Shown piece after piece: positions 1-9,788 of a DNA stretch of 64,000 bases. Below the pieces are notes generated by a model. It did no database searches, was not told the origin of the DNA, and worked only from the letters and a program-made list of their open reading frames with translations. Where the stretch lies: positions 2,837 to 66,836 of IMG/VR virus record IMGVR_UViG_3300032236_000463; one strand, given 5' to 3'. Each line of letters begins with the position of its first letter. Within the stretch, counting starts at the first letter, position 1. Source of the DNA: a virus. The translations under genes and the position numbers were made by a program.

Positions 1-1
1 T

Positions 2-2284
2 ACTCAAGTAACTGGTACCGCCGCTGTTCTTACTGGTGCTAATACTTTTACTGGTACAGTAACTGCCCCAACTATAACTGCTACTACAGTAAACGCTACA
101 ACTGTAAACGCCACTAACGCAGTAATTAGCGGAACTATTTCAGGAGCCCCAACCGTTATTCCCAGATATATTTATGGGTATGGTGGCGTTGGCACTGGAG
201 CATATATTTCTGGTAACGTATCTGCTACATACCCCCTTGTTGCTTTTTCAGCAAGTACTACTCAAGTTCCTTTTTCTATTAGGCAAACTACTAGTCAAAC
301 GGCTAACCTTCAAGAGTGGTCTAATAATGCAGGAACTGCTTTAGCAAGTATTAGTGCGGTAGGTAACTTTACTGGACCTGCTGTAACTGCTACTACTGTT
401 ACCGCTACAACACTTACTGGTACTACCCATGTGGGAACCACCGCTACATTTACAGGGCAAGGTACATTTAATACAGCCGTTGCCACTACGGTTAATGCAA
501 CAACAGTAAACGCTACAACTATAAATGCCACTACTATTGCGGCTACTAATATAACAGTTACTGCTTCTGCTACTGCTTCTACAGATGTAGTTAATAAGTC
601 TTATGCAGACGTTATTTCTAACACTCCTATTACTTTAACTTCTTCTGGTATCACACTATCTACAACATCAGTTAAACTTGGCGGAACACTTGGGCTTACT
701 AATGCTGGGGTTACTAGTTTTAATACACTAACTAGTGATGTTGTGTTAACTGGCGGCACTAATATCAGCTTGAATACTACTGGAAATACAATAACAATTA
801 ACGGTGCTAATACGGGCGTTACTGGATTTAATACTTTAACTGGTAGTGTTACTTTAACTACTGGTTCAGGCATTTCGTTATCTACTACTGTAAATACTAT
901 TACCGCCACTAATACTGGAGTATTATCTTTTGCTGGTGCTACAGGCGCAGTCACTGTTGCAACAAGTAACGGTGCTACAGTAACCACCACAGGTTCCCAG
1001 ATTAATATTGGTCTTACTCAAGATATACAAACCTCCGCTAGCCCAACATTCAATGGTTTAACTGCTACTACTGTTACCGCTACAACTGTTAATGGTACTA
1101 CTATTCAAATGGGCGGTGTGTCTGCTACATCTGCTGCTACTAATAACGCGTTAGTTATTCGTAACTCTACTGCGGGCGCATCATTCAATACGGTAACTGC
1201 ATCAACTGTAACTGCAACTTCTGTAACGGCTACAACTATTAGCGCTACATCTAGTGCTCTTGGACTTGGTAGCGGTTCTGTTATTGGAACTCAAAAGTTC
1301 TGGGCTACTCAAACTGGTTCATCAACTATCTTACAAGCGGGTACATTTGGAAGTACTGGTATTACTGCTACAGTAAGCCTTCCAGTAGCTACAGGTACAC
1401 TATTATTAAATGATTTAAGTAACGCAGCAACTCCTACTAATAATTCTATTAGTTTAGGTTCTGGAACTATTACTGCGGCATCGGCTAGTATTACAGGAAC
1501 AGCTACCACAGGGTCTATAGTTATAAGTGGCACTGGTAACCTTACATTTGGCACATCAGGCTCAGCAAGTGGTTCGGTTGTATTTGGAAATACAAGCGGA
1601 GTTCAGGTTTTAAGAACTGGTACTGGTATTGGAACACAGACCTTACCTTCAGGTGTTGGTACGTTATTAAATGATGCTTCGGCTCTCAATGGCTCAAACA
1701 TTAGTAACGGAACAATTACCCCATCAAAACTAACTAGTAATGCTTTTGCACCAACTTTTTGGTATTCACCAACATCAAGTTACACATCGGGAACACTATC
1801 GGCAAACGTGCCTGTTGACCCATTTGGTTTGACCAATGGTGTGACGGTTGCAAATAACAAGACCTACTTTGTTGATTATCTCTTGACTGGTTCTTTTGTT
1901 CACACGACTGCTACAACAATTGGTCTACGCATAACCATTGGTGGTAATGCTGCTGCTAACTTCAATTTCATACAAGAACATTCAGGACTTATTGGTACAA
2001 CCGCAGCTGGTAACTGGTTGAACACTAACTTCTTTGGTGCCTTCGTTAACACCACTACTAACATGAGCCAGAATGGTGGAACAACTGCCGCTTCCAACAC
2101 GAACCATGTCTTCCAAATAAGGTTCACTGGAATCTTGCGTACAGGTTCAACAGGTTCTTACTTCCAGCCAAAAATAGGTACAACGACTGTGAACGGTACA
2201 ACTATGACAATTAACCGAGAAAGTTATGCATCTCTGACCGAACTGGGAGCAGACACAGTAACATCGCTTGGAACGTGGTCGTAA
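2..2284 (+). CDS. Tail fibre / adhesin-like virion protein, 5'-truncated by the window edge
   Basis: Frame is open from nt 2, upstream of the listed GTG at 431. Thr/Gly/Ser-rich repeats (TVNATT, GVTSFNTLT), a QTANLQEW motif typical of phage fibre proteins, and a globular C-terminal domain. Confidence 0.75.
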   Translation, partial: TQVTGTAAVLTGANTFTGTVTAPTITATTVNATTVNATNAVISGTISGAPTVIPRYIYGYGGVGTGAYISGNVSATYPLVAFSASTTQVPFSIRQTTSQTANLQEWSNNAGTALASISAVGNFTGPAVTATTVTATTLTGTTHVGTTATFTGQGTFNTAVATTVNATTVNATTINATTIAATNITVTASATASTDVVNKSYADVISNTPITLTSSGITLSTTSVKLGGTLGLTNAGVTSFNTLTSDVVLTGGTNISLNTTGNTITINGANTGVTGFNTLTGSVTLTTGSGISLSTTVNTITATNTGVLSFAGATGAVTVATSNGATVTTTGSQINIGLTQDIQTSASPTFNGLTATTVTATTVNGTTIQMGGVSATSAATNNALVIRNSTAGASFNTVTASTVTATSVTATTISATSSALGLGSGSVIGTQKFWATQTGSSTILQAGTFGSTGITATVSLPVATGTLLLNDLSNAATPTNNSISLGSGTITAASASITGTATTGSIVISGTGNLTFGTSGSASGSVVFGNTSGVQVLRTGTGIGTQTLPSGVGTLLNDASALNGSNISNGTITPSKLTSNAFAPTFWYSPTSSYTSGTLSANVPVDPFGLTNGVTVANNKTYFVDYLLTGSFVHTTATTIGLRITIGGNAAANFNFIQEHSGLIGTTAAGNWLNTNFFGAFVNTTTNMSQNGGTTAASNTNHVFQIRFTGILRTGSTGSYFQPKIGTTTVNGTTMTINRESYASLTELGADTVTSLGTWS

Positions 2285-2382
2285 TGGCATGTAGAACAGG
2301 TTGTCCAACTCAGGACTGTGAAGACTACGCGGCTTGTTGTCGTGGAATTATGATTGACCGCACTAGTTTGCAGGTGAAGTAA
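2284..2382 (+). CDS. Small Cys-rich protein (32 aa, MACRTGCPTQDCEDYAACCRG...)
   Basis: TAATG stop/start overlaps at both ends; fills the gap exactly. Not in the ORF track. Confidence 0.7.
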   Translation: MACRTGCPTQDCEDYAACCRGIMIDRTSLQVK

Positions 2383-2948
2383 TGAGTAGACCTTATACCC
2401 CTGGTGGTCGTTTTTCTTCTGATTGGGAAACTGGGGAAATACATGATGCTATTACTAAAGACTTAACTAATCCAGTAGGTACTACTATTGACTGGTATGT
2501 TTGGAAACCACACAATAATGCTGATTCAACATCTACCCAAATTGACCCAATTTATGATGTTGGCTCTCTAACCTATGATGGTAGTGGTGGTCGTAAGTGG
2601 CTAGAGCCTGTTAAGATTCCTGTAATTAGGGCAGTGCTTGGTCAAGGCTCAACTAACATGGTTCAGCAGGGTTTCTACAACTCGGATAGGTTGCACCTAA
2701 CTATTGACCATGATGTGCTTATTGACCTTATCCCAGAAATGCTATATAAATTAGACCCATTAAACAGTGAGAATCCAGACCCTCTAAATAGAGACAGAAT
2801 TGTTTGGAAAAGTCAAGTTTATCGCGCGCTTAAGAACAATTATGCTGGTATTATTAGTGAGAGATATACTCTGCTTACTTTTGATTGTCAGCAGATTATG
2901 CCTGAAGAACTCGTTAATGACCCACAATTCCAGTATTACGCTGGCTAG
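2382..2948 (+). CDS. Virion protein, probable head-tail adaptor/closure protein
   Basis: 188-aa ORF upstream of tail completion and sheath genes; function inferred from position only. Confidence 0.5.
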   Translation: MSRPYTPGGRFSSDWETGEIHDAITKDLTNPVGTTIDWYVWKPHNNADSTSTQIDPIYDVGSLTYDGSGGRKWLEPVKIPVIRAVLGQGSTNMVQQGFYNSDRLHLTIDHDVLIDLIPEMLYKLDPLNSENPDPLNRDRIVWKSQVYRALKNNYAGIISERYTLLTFDCQQIMPEELVNDPQFQYYAG

Positions 2949-2955
2949 GAGAGAT

Positions 2956-3213
2956 ATGTGTAAGAAATGCGGCAAGGCAAAATGTGCCTGCAAGCCAGCC
3001 ACCAAGTGCAATAAGTGCAATAAGTCACACTCAGGTGCATGCGATAAAAAGGCTGATAAGAAGCAAGATGCCAAAGCAATGAAGGGTATGTCCCCTGCTC
3101 AGAAGGCTAAGTTTGCTAAAGAAGATAAGAAAATGGACAAGAAGCCTATGTCTAAATCTGCTGATATTAAGAAAGATGCTGCCTTGGCTAAAAAGGTTAA
3201 AGGTAAAAAGTAA
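2956..3213 (+). CDS. Small basic protein: Cys-rich N-terminus plus Lys-rich tail (85 aa)
   Basis: AGGAGA RBS before ATG 2956; MCKKCGKAKCACK...KKVKGKK; followed by a terminator. Confidence 0.75.
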   Translation: MCKKCGKAKCACKPATKCNKCNKSHSGACDKKADKKQDAKAMKGMSPAQKAKFAKEDKKMDKKPMSKSADIKKDAALAKKVKGKK

Positions 3214-3228
3214 AAACTAATATGATTT

Positions 3229-3251
3229 AAGCCCCCGAAAGGGGGCTTTTT
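3229..3251 (+). terminator. Rho-independent terminator
   Basis: AAGCCCCC-GAAA-GGGGGCTT followed by a T-run. Confidence 0.9.
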
Positions 3252-3255
3252 CATT

Positions 3256-3286
3256 TACTATTGTAGTAGTTCCACTGCAGGAACTA
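3256..3286 (+). promoter_or_regulatory. Putative -10 box (TACTAT) and 5' hairpin for the tail operon
   Basis: TACTAT at 3256-3261, then hairpin TAGTTCC-actgca-GGAACTA at 3267-3286. Confidence 0.4.
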
Positions 3287-3337
3287 AGTCAAGAACCCTT
3301 GCTACCCAGTTGCTCTACTCCACCCAAGGAGATTTGC

Positions 3338-3466
3338 GTGTCCGAGAACAAAGTATCTCAGGCGGACTCTAATGAGTTCTATCGCGGTATTGTCTATGGC
3401 AATCCGCAGCCAAAGGGCGTATGGGTTGGAGTCTTGGCAGGCATACTGTGGCGCAGGGGTAAATAG
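3338..3466 (+). CDS. Small protein (42 aa) with hydrophobic C-terminus
   Basis: AAGGAG RBS, GTG start, TAG overlapping the next GTG; MSENKVSQADS...GVWVGVLAGILWRRGK. Confidence 0.65.
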   Translation: MSENKVSQADSNEFYRGIVYGNPQPKGVWVGVLAGILWRRGK

Positions 3467-3792
3467 TGACTTACTTTAGCGATTACATTGATGCAAAAAG
3501 AAAATATCTTAACGCAGCTTTTGTCAATATTGCCCTAGGTGCAAGTTGGTCTCCAGATATTGTTAGAAAGATTTCTGTAGAAATAAACGAAGGTGCTCCT
3601 GATTTACGCATACCTGCTGACATCAAAACTAAAGTAAATGATTTAGAATATGGTAAGCCTGGTCAACCAGCTACTTATGTTTTACGTAAATTTAAAGAAG
3701 TAGTAGATGACGTAGTATCAGAGGCAACTATAAACGCAGTCTACCACGCACTCTCTCCTAACACTGCACCTAGCATAAGCAAGGTGGAATAA
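3466..3792 (+). CDS. Hypothetical neck/tail-region protein
   Basis: 108-aa ORF translationally coupled to its neighbours. Confidence 0.55.
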   Translation: MTYFSDYIDAKRKYLNAAFVNIALGASWSPDIVRKISVEINEGAPDLRIPADIKTKVNDLEYGKPGQPATYVLRKFKEVVDDVVSEATINAVYHALSPNTAPSISKVE

Positions 3793-4424
3793 TGACTTTT
3801 ATTTTAGCTGAAGATGCTGCTCTTAAGGCTTACCTATCTGGATTAACAGTTTCGGATGAGAAAAGCAACCCACGCTCCGTAGGAGTATGGTTTGGCTACC
3901 CAGACGTTGAAATCCGTAGTCAGAGTTTTCCATTTATTACTATTGAACTAATGGACATTCGCCAGTCTATGGAACGTGCCCACTCTGGTTACTACTACGA
4001 TTCCGATAGCCAGGGTACCAGTGCAAATAGCAGTTCTAGTTTGTACGGCTATGAGTACCCAGTGCCTTACGACCTGGTATATCAAGTAACATCATACTCT
4101 CGTCATCCTAGGCATGACAGAGCACTAGCTCTCCAGTTAATGAATAAGTTCCCAGGATTCCGTGGGTTCTTACCAGTTCCTAATGATTTAGGTACTAGTG
4201 TTTCTCAACGACATATGTTTTTGGGAGACTTCACAAAACTGGACCGCGCTGAAGGTGAGAACGGAAACAAGCGCCTTCTTCGCAATATCTACACAATAAC
4301 TGTTGTAAGTGAGATGAGTAGTTCATCAGTTCTTACGGCAATAACACAGTCTGTTTCAATAAATAACGATGGTGCAAAAGTCCCATGGACTACAACGATA
4401 CCCGCAGACAAACAAGCTGTTTAA
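3792..4424 (+). CDS. Tail terminator / tail completion protein
   Basis: Directly upstream of the sheath; FPFITIEL and PVPYDLVYQV pattern typical of tail terminators. Confidence 0.6.
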   Translation: MTFILAEDAALKAYLSGLTVSDEKSNPRSVGVWFGYPDVEIRSQSFPFITIELMDIRQSMERAHSGYYYDSDSQGTSANSSSSLYGYEYPVPYDLVYQVTSYSRHPRHDRALALQLMNKFPGFRGFLPVPNDLGTSVSQRHMFLGDFTKLDRAEGENGNKRLLRNIYTITVVSEMSSSSVLTAITQSVSINNDGAKVPWTTTIPADKQAV

Positions 4425-4454
4425 TATTTATAACCTAACAATTAAGGAGAAATA

Positions 4455-6701
4455 ATGGCTCAGCCATATAATAAGCCTGGAGTGTACATCGAGGACTCGT
4501 TGTCACCAACTGTACCTGTAGTTAATACAGCCACACCATCAACTGCTGCTTTTATTGGGTATGCAGATAGAGGACCTACCACTCTTGTTGGTAACAATGT
4601 TGTTGCTGTTCCCACACTAGTTTCTAGCTGGTCTGATTTTATTAACACGTTTAGTTTTGGCAGCAACGTCAATACTTGGACTGGTATTCCACAAATCACG
4701 CTATTACCTACTGCTGGTAATTCTACTATTGCAATTTCTAACTCGACTACAAATGTTACAGTTAAAGACACTACTGGTCTATACGTGGGCTCAGTACTTA
4801 CTCTTGTAGGTGCTGCTGGTGCAGCGCTATCAACAATTTCTCCAACAGTAGTCGCTGCTATCGTTGACTCAACAACTATTAAGCTTAATCAAGCGCCTGT
4901 GTCTACTGGTACTGCAACATCTATTACTGCGTCAAATAACAAAGACCTTAAGTATGCTGTTAAGACATTCTTTGATAACGGCGGTAGCCAGGCATACATT
5001 GTTCGAGATGTTAGCCCAAGTGCTGTAAAAGCATCTACCACAATTAGAGATAGTAACCTTTCTACATCTCTTAGTGGAAGCCTCAGTTTTGATGCTTCCG
5101 CCACTAATTTTGGAAATAAAGTAGTAACTATTACATCGGCATCCGCAGTATTTACTGCATTCTCTGCTGGTAATACTGCTTCCATCTCTGGTGTAACAGA
5201 TTCTGATTACGTAGGTCTTAATGGTAAGACATGGGTTGTTTCTTCTGTATCTTCAGACAAGAAGACATTATCTTTGTACTATTCACCAGCAGCGGCTGTT
5301 GCAACAAGCACGACTACTTACTCCTCAGGAAACCCAGTAGTATTAACTGGTGGCGGTCAAAGCCCTACCGATGCCCTAAAAATTAGTGCAAAAGACCATG
5401 GAGTATGGGGTAATAGTGTATGGGTAGGAATCACTCCAAATAGTACTCCAGGTTTCTTTGACCTTACTGTGTACTTCTCAAACTCTGTATCTACTTCTGA
5501 TTCTCTAAAAGATGCAAACGTTGTGGAAAGATTCCTACAACTTAGCATGGACCCAGCAAATAGCCGATACTTCCTTAACCAAGTTAGTTCATTATGGATT
5601 GACGTAGCTGACCAAGGTTCTATTGGTAGCGGGGTTTACAGACTTCCTGCTTTCACGGGTACTTGGGGGAATACCTCTGACTCTAAGGCAGTTTCTGGAA
5701 CAAACGGCTCATTCTCTTGGAATACTGGAGGGTTTACAAATACTCCAGTTGCTGTAAAGATTGGCGCTGTTACAAGCGCTGCATCACAATCATCTGCTAC
5801 TGCTGGTTCAAGTGGTTCTACCGTTAGAGACAGAGCGGTACTAGTGCCCAGATTAGACTCAGTTACTACACCTCTTATTATCAACTGGGCTAATAACTCT
5901 TACACCCTTGATATTAATCAGCTTATTAGTTATGCAAGTGGTCGTAAAGACTCATTTGTTGTCATTGATGCTGAGTACTCAGCTACTCTAGACGATGTTC
6001 TTAGCACCAAGCAAGATATTGGTATTGCATCTTACACAGGTAACGTAGATTATGCTGCTGCATATTACCCTAATATTGCTATTGCTGACCCAGCATCTAC
6101 TACTGGAAACACAGTATTTGTAGCCCCAGGTGGAGCAGTAGCAGCGTTGTATACAGATACGGACTCTAGAAGAGGCGTATTTAAAGCACCTGCTGGTGTT
6201 GACGCACGTATTAAGTCTGCTGTAAATGTTATCCCACTAAGCAATACTGACTTTACTAGTGTTAATTCTTATAGCAGTAACCTAAATATTATTCGTTACG
6301 TTCCAGGTTCTGGCTTCTGTGTAATGGGTGCTAGAACACTTAGCACAGATTTCACTCTACGCTATATCCCAACCCGCAGAACCATTAGTTACGTTGGTTC
6401 CGCGCTTAAGGACCTTACACAGTTTGCTGTGTTTGCTCCTAATAACCAAGCGCTATGGAATACAGTCAGCGGTGTTGTTAGTAAGTTCTTAACTGACTTC
6501 TGGCGTAATGGTGGTCTTGTTGGAAATACTGCTAGCCAAGCTTTCTACGTAAAGTGTGATAGCAGCAATAACACTCCAGGTTCAATTGGCTCTGGAGAAC
6601 TTCACGTTGAAGTTGGTATTGCTACTCAGAAGCCAGCAGAGTTTGTAATTATCCGAATTGGTCAGCTTGATGGAAGCTCGACTGTAACCGCGTCTATTTA
6701 A
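4455..6701 (+). CDS. Contractile tail sheath protein
   Basis: N-terminal PGVYIE and TAAFIG.A.RGP, YFDNGG-like segment, GVFKAPAG, GARTL, C-terminal PAEFVIIRI; AAGGAG RBS. Confidence 0.95.
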   Translation: MAQPYNKPGVYIEDSLSPTVPVVNTATPSTAAFIGYADRGPTTLVGNNVVAVPTLVSSWSDFINTFSFGSNVNTWTGIPQITLLPTAGNSTIAISNSTTNVTVKDTTGLYVGSVLTLVGAAGAALSTISPTVVAAIVDSTTIKLNQAPVSTGTATSITASNNKDLKYAVKTFFDNGGSQAYIVRDVSPSAVKASTTIRDSNLSTSLSGSLSFDASATNFGNKVVTITSASAVFTAFSAGNTASISGVTDSDYVGLNGKTWVVSSVSSDKKTLSLYYSPAAAVATSTTTYSSGNPVVLTGGGQSPTDALKISAKDHGVWGNSVWVGITPNSTPGFFDLTVYFSNSVSTSDSLKDANVVERFLQLSMDPANSRYFLNQVSSLWIDVADQGSIGSGVYRLPAFTGTWGNTSDSKAVSGTNGSFSWNTGGFTNTPVAVKIGAVTSAASQSSATAGSSGSTVRDRAVLVPRLDSVTTPLIINWANNSYTLDINQLISYASGRKDSFVVIDAEYSATLDDVLSTKQDIGIASYTGNVDYAAAYYPNIAIADPASTTGNTVFVAPGGAVAALYTDTDSRRGVFKAPAGVDARIKSAVNVIPLSNTDFTSVNSYSSNLNIIRYVPGSGFCVMGARTLSTDFTLRYIPTRRTISYVGSALKDLTQFAVFAPNNQALWNTVSGVVSKFLTDFWRNGGLVGNTASQAFYVKCDSSNNTPGSIGSGELHVEVGIATQKPAEFVIIRIGQLDGSSTVTASI

Positions 6702-6715
6702 GGAGACAATAAAAA

Positions 6716-7336
6716 ATGGCAATTAATACAATTGACGACAGAGGAAGTATTATCTCTGACCCGTTACGCGCGTTTAGATTTAAGGTTGACTTTATTCAGG
6801 CTAAGCCTTTTGATAGTAGAATTACTACTAATACAAAGGGTGGCTTTACTGGAGGCTTTACTTCTATTTCTGGTCTAGGTATTATTAATGACCCTATTGC
6901 TTATCGTGAAGGTGGCTACAACACCACATCACATAAGGTTCCAGGAATGACACGTTTTAATGACATTACTCTTTCAAGAGGTGTACTTTTTGGTAATGAC
7001 CAAGCAATTACATGGATGCGCGGAATTTTTGCTGCCTCTGCTGGTGAAGGTCTTAACGTAGACACACTACCAGGAAGTACAACAGCCCAGTTCCGTTGTG
7101 ACGTAAAAATTGAAGTTATGGACCACCCTAACGCCGACTCTACTACAAACACACCAAGAATGGCGTTTTTGGTTAAGAATGCTTGGATTTCTGCGATTGG
7201 TTACTCCGACTTAGACGCAACTCAGAACACTCTTATGGTAGAAGGAATCACACTCGCGCACGAAGGTTTATCAGTTCTGTTTGTAAATGGTGATGGTAAA
7301 GCAAACGATAGTTACAACCCAGGAAATCAATTCTAA
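6716..7336 (+). CDS. Tail tube protein (T4 gp19-like)
   Basis: DPLRAFRFKV, YREGG, KVPG..F.DITLSRG and E.ITLAHEGL motifs; follows the sheath gene. Confidence 0.92.
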   Translation: MAINTIDDRGSIISDPLRAFRFKVDFIQAKPFDSRITTNTKGGFTGGFTSISGLGIINDPIAYREGGYNTTSHKVPGMTRFNDITLSRGVLFGNDQAITWMRGIFAASAGEGLNVDTLPGSTTAQFRCDVKIEVMDHPNADSTTNTPRMAFLVKNAWISAIGYSDLDATQNTLMVEGITLAHEGLSVLFVNGDGKANDSYNPGNQF

Positions 7337-7361
7337 TAACTAAAACAATAAGGAAAATAAT

Positions 7362-8156
7362 ATGGCTGAAATAACTAACCCAGATGTAGTAAATAGATTA
7401 GTAGAATCTATAGACACTAGTGAAGCTTCTAAAGAAGTTGAAACGTTACTACCTCCTAGTTCTGAAGTATACTTACCAGGCGGATTTATAGACTTTAATG
7501 GAGTTTTATATAAGTATGCTGAGGTTAAAGAATTAACTGGGGCTGATGAGGAAGCGCTTTCTAAAGCGGGTTCACTATACGGGGTGCTACAAACTGCTTT
7601 GTCTAGGGGTCTAGTAAATATAGGTGGGGAACCCGTAACTACTTCTGATTTTGACTCACTACTGGCTGGTGATAGAGATGCAATTTTACTAGGAATTAGA
7701 CGAGTAACATTCGGTAATATTATTAAGCAACCATCTGCTTGCCAAAACTGTGGTACTGGAGATATTTGGGAAATTGATATTGAGAATGATATTCCAGTAT
7801 CAGAACTAGATAATCCAATTACTGACAGAGTTTTCTCTGTAAAGGTAAAAGCTGGAGAAGTTGAACTTGGTCTACCAAATGGCATCACACAAAAGAAACT
7901 ACTACAGGCAGAAAACAAGACACCTTCTGAACTTATAACAATCGCTCTAGCGGGATGTATAAATTCTGTTGATGGTTCTGTTTCTATGGGTAGAACAACT
8001 GCCTTAGAGCTAGGTATTTCTGACCGTGAAACTCTAATCACAGAGCTGTACAGCAGAGCACCTGGTCCACGCCTTGGGGAGGTGTCAAAGGCTTGCAAGG
8101 CATGTGGGAAAGATACGTTTGTTCCACTAAGTCTTGCTGACTTATTTCGTTTTTAA
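7362..8156 (+). CDS. Tail assembly chaperone / baseplate hub assembly protein (T4 gp26-like)
   Basis: VKELTGADEEAL, LLAGDRDAILL.IR..TFG, two CxxC pairs; lies between tube and tape measure genes. Confidence 0.8.
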   Translation: MAEITNPDVVNRLVESIDTSEASKEVETLLPPSSEVYLPGGFIDFNGVLYKYAEVKELTGADEEALSKAGSLYGVLQTALSRGLVNIGGEPVTTSDFDSLLAGDRDAILLGIRRVTFGNIIKQPSACQNCGTGDIWEIDIENDIPVSELDNPITDRVFSVKVKAGEVELGLPNGITQKKLLQAENKTPSELITIALAGCINSVDGSVSMGRTTALELGISDRETLITELYSRAPGPRLGEVSKACKACGKDTFVPLSLADLFRF

Positions 8157-8178
8157 TGACGAAGACTATGTAAATTTA

Positions 8179-8292
8179 ATGGACCACTATGAAGTACTAA
8201 TTCGACTATTTAATTGGTCTCTGGGCGATATACGCTCACTCTCGCATAGAGAAAGAATTAATTGGATTGAAAGGGCTACGAGGAACCTATAA
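8179..8292 (+). CDS. Short tail chaperone partner (gpE'/GT-like), possibly expressed by +1 frameshift
   Basis: MDHYEVLIRLFNWSLGDIRSLSHRERINWIERATRNL; W..DI..L..RER..W pattern; stop overlaps the tape measure ATG. Confidence 0.7.
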   Translation: MDHYEVLIRLFNWSLGDIRSLSHRERINWIERATRNL

Positions 8293-9788
8293 TGGCTGAC
8301 CCAGGTGGTATTTTAGACTCTATTTTAGCCAAAGTTAATGCACTCACTGCTGCATTAAGTAGGCTAGGCACTAGTGCTGGTGGAGGAGGAAGTAGCTCTA
8401 GTCCAGTAACAACACCAGCCTCTGCATCTGCTGGTGGACCTATATCCGCAATGATGGCAGGAAGCGCACCAGATTACACTGACCCTGCTGTGCGTAATAC
8501 TCGTAATGTACTAGCAAAAGGATTTCTTAAAACTGCTGGTCAAGGAGTAATTGCCGCTATGGGCTTGTTGCCCACTGCTGAAGAAGCGATGAATCTTGAG
8601 ATGCTTGGCTCTCGCCAAATGTTTTATGGTGAATCGGGTATAAGTGGTCATAACTATTTAATTAATGCTTATCAAAAACAAAGAGGCGTAAGTGCATTAG
8701 GCTCCCCAACTAGTGCTTTTGATTCCGTTCAAGCACAAAACTATGGTGCTGGAATGGGTCTTATGCCAGGTCTTAGTAACTTTGGTGCTAATTCCAGCTT
8801 TGGTGGAATTATGGGTGGCGCTGCACTTGCCTCTAACTTATCTCCAGGTATTGGTATTACTGGTGGTATGGGTGCCATGGCTAGCCTTAACCAAGCTAGA
8901 AGAGTTAACTTGCTTAAAATGATTGGCGTTAACGTACGTGGCTCTAGCGGAAATATGAATGACCTGCCAGACATTATCCAACAGATTTATAACTTACTTA
9001 AAAATGCTGCAGGAAAAGTTACGCCTCAAATGATTGCAGTATCTGCAATGTCGGGTAATGCGTTAGATAGCATTCTTGACCAGTACTTTGGTGGTGATGA
9101 AAACTTAAGGGCAACCGTTATAGCAGGTCTTGTGCAAATGGCTAATAGCGGTGGTACTAACCTTTCAACATCTGGAACTAAAGCAGGTCTTATGAAGACT
9201 GGTGGAATGACAGATACTTTAGCAACTCTTGTTGGAACATACCCTAAGGAACTTGGGTTGCTACAGTCTTACACCAATGCTACCAATGCTGGAACTAATG
9301 CAGTAAACAGGGATATAATTCCAGGGCTTTACGATTTAGTATCTAATGCACAAAGTACTCCTGGAATTGGAACTGCTATTAAGGGTGCTCAAGCAGCGCT
9401 TACTGGTTTTGAAGTATTTGGTGGTGTACGTGGCGGTGCTGGTAACATGCTCACTGATGCTCTACTTAATTCATCTGGTAATTTCTCTGGTCTTAATAAG
9501 AGTAACGGTATGAATAAACTTATTGAAAAACTAGGTGGGGCTAAAAAAGCTGGTTTAATAGGAAAAATTGGTGGTGGAGTTGCTATTGGTGCGGCTCTTC
9601 TTGCTACTGGTGCAAACATAGACAGTATGCCAGGAACGTCTGATAACTCTGTTCCTACGGGCAGTGTTACGTCCTCACCTATTTTTACTGGAGCAATTAC
9701 TGTAAATGTATCAGCGCCTCCAGGAACAGACCCATACTCTTTTGGCTCTGCAATAACTACTGCGATGATATCGGCGGCTACAAAATGA
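8292..9788 (+). CDS. Tape measure protein (short, 498 aa)
   Basis: Ala/Gly-rich, in the canonical position after the chaperones; C-terminal ITVNV motif. Confidence 0.75.
   Translation: MADPGGILDSILAKVNALTAALSRLGTSAGGGGSSSSPVTTPASASAGGPISAMMAGSAPDYTDPAVRNTRNVLAKGFLKTAGQGVIAAMGLLPTAEEAMNLEMLGSRQMFYGESGISGHNYLINAYQKQRGVSALGSPTSAFDSVQAQNYGAGMGLMPGLSNFGANSSFGGIMGGAALASNLSPGIGITGGMGAMASLNQARRVNLLKMIGVNVRGSSGNMNDLPDIIQQIYNLLKNAAGKVTPQMIAVSAMSGNALDSILDQYFGGDENLRATVIAGLVQMANSGGTNLSTSGTKAGLMKTGGMTDTLATLVGTYPKELGLLQSYTNATNAGTNAVNRDIIPGLYDLVSNAQSTPGIGTAIKGAQAALTGFEVFGGVRGGAGNMLTDALLNSSGNFSGLNKSNGMNKLIEKLGGAKKAGLIGKIGGGVAIGAALLATGANIDSMPGTSDNSVPTGSVTSSPIFTGAITVNVSAPPGTDPYSFGSAITTAMISAATK

Noticed and set aside
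1740-2284. Diversity-generating retroelement target (AAC-rich fibre tip)
   Set aside because: No reverse transcriptase or template-repeat copy is visible in the window.
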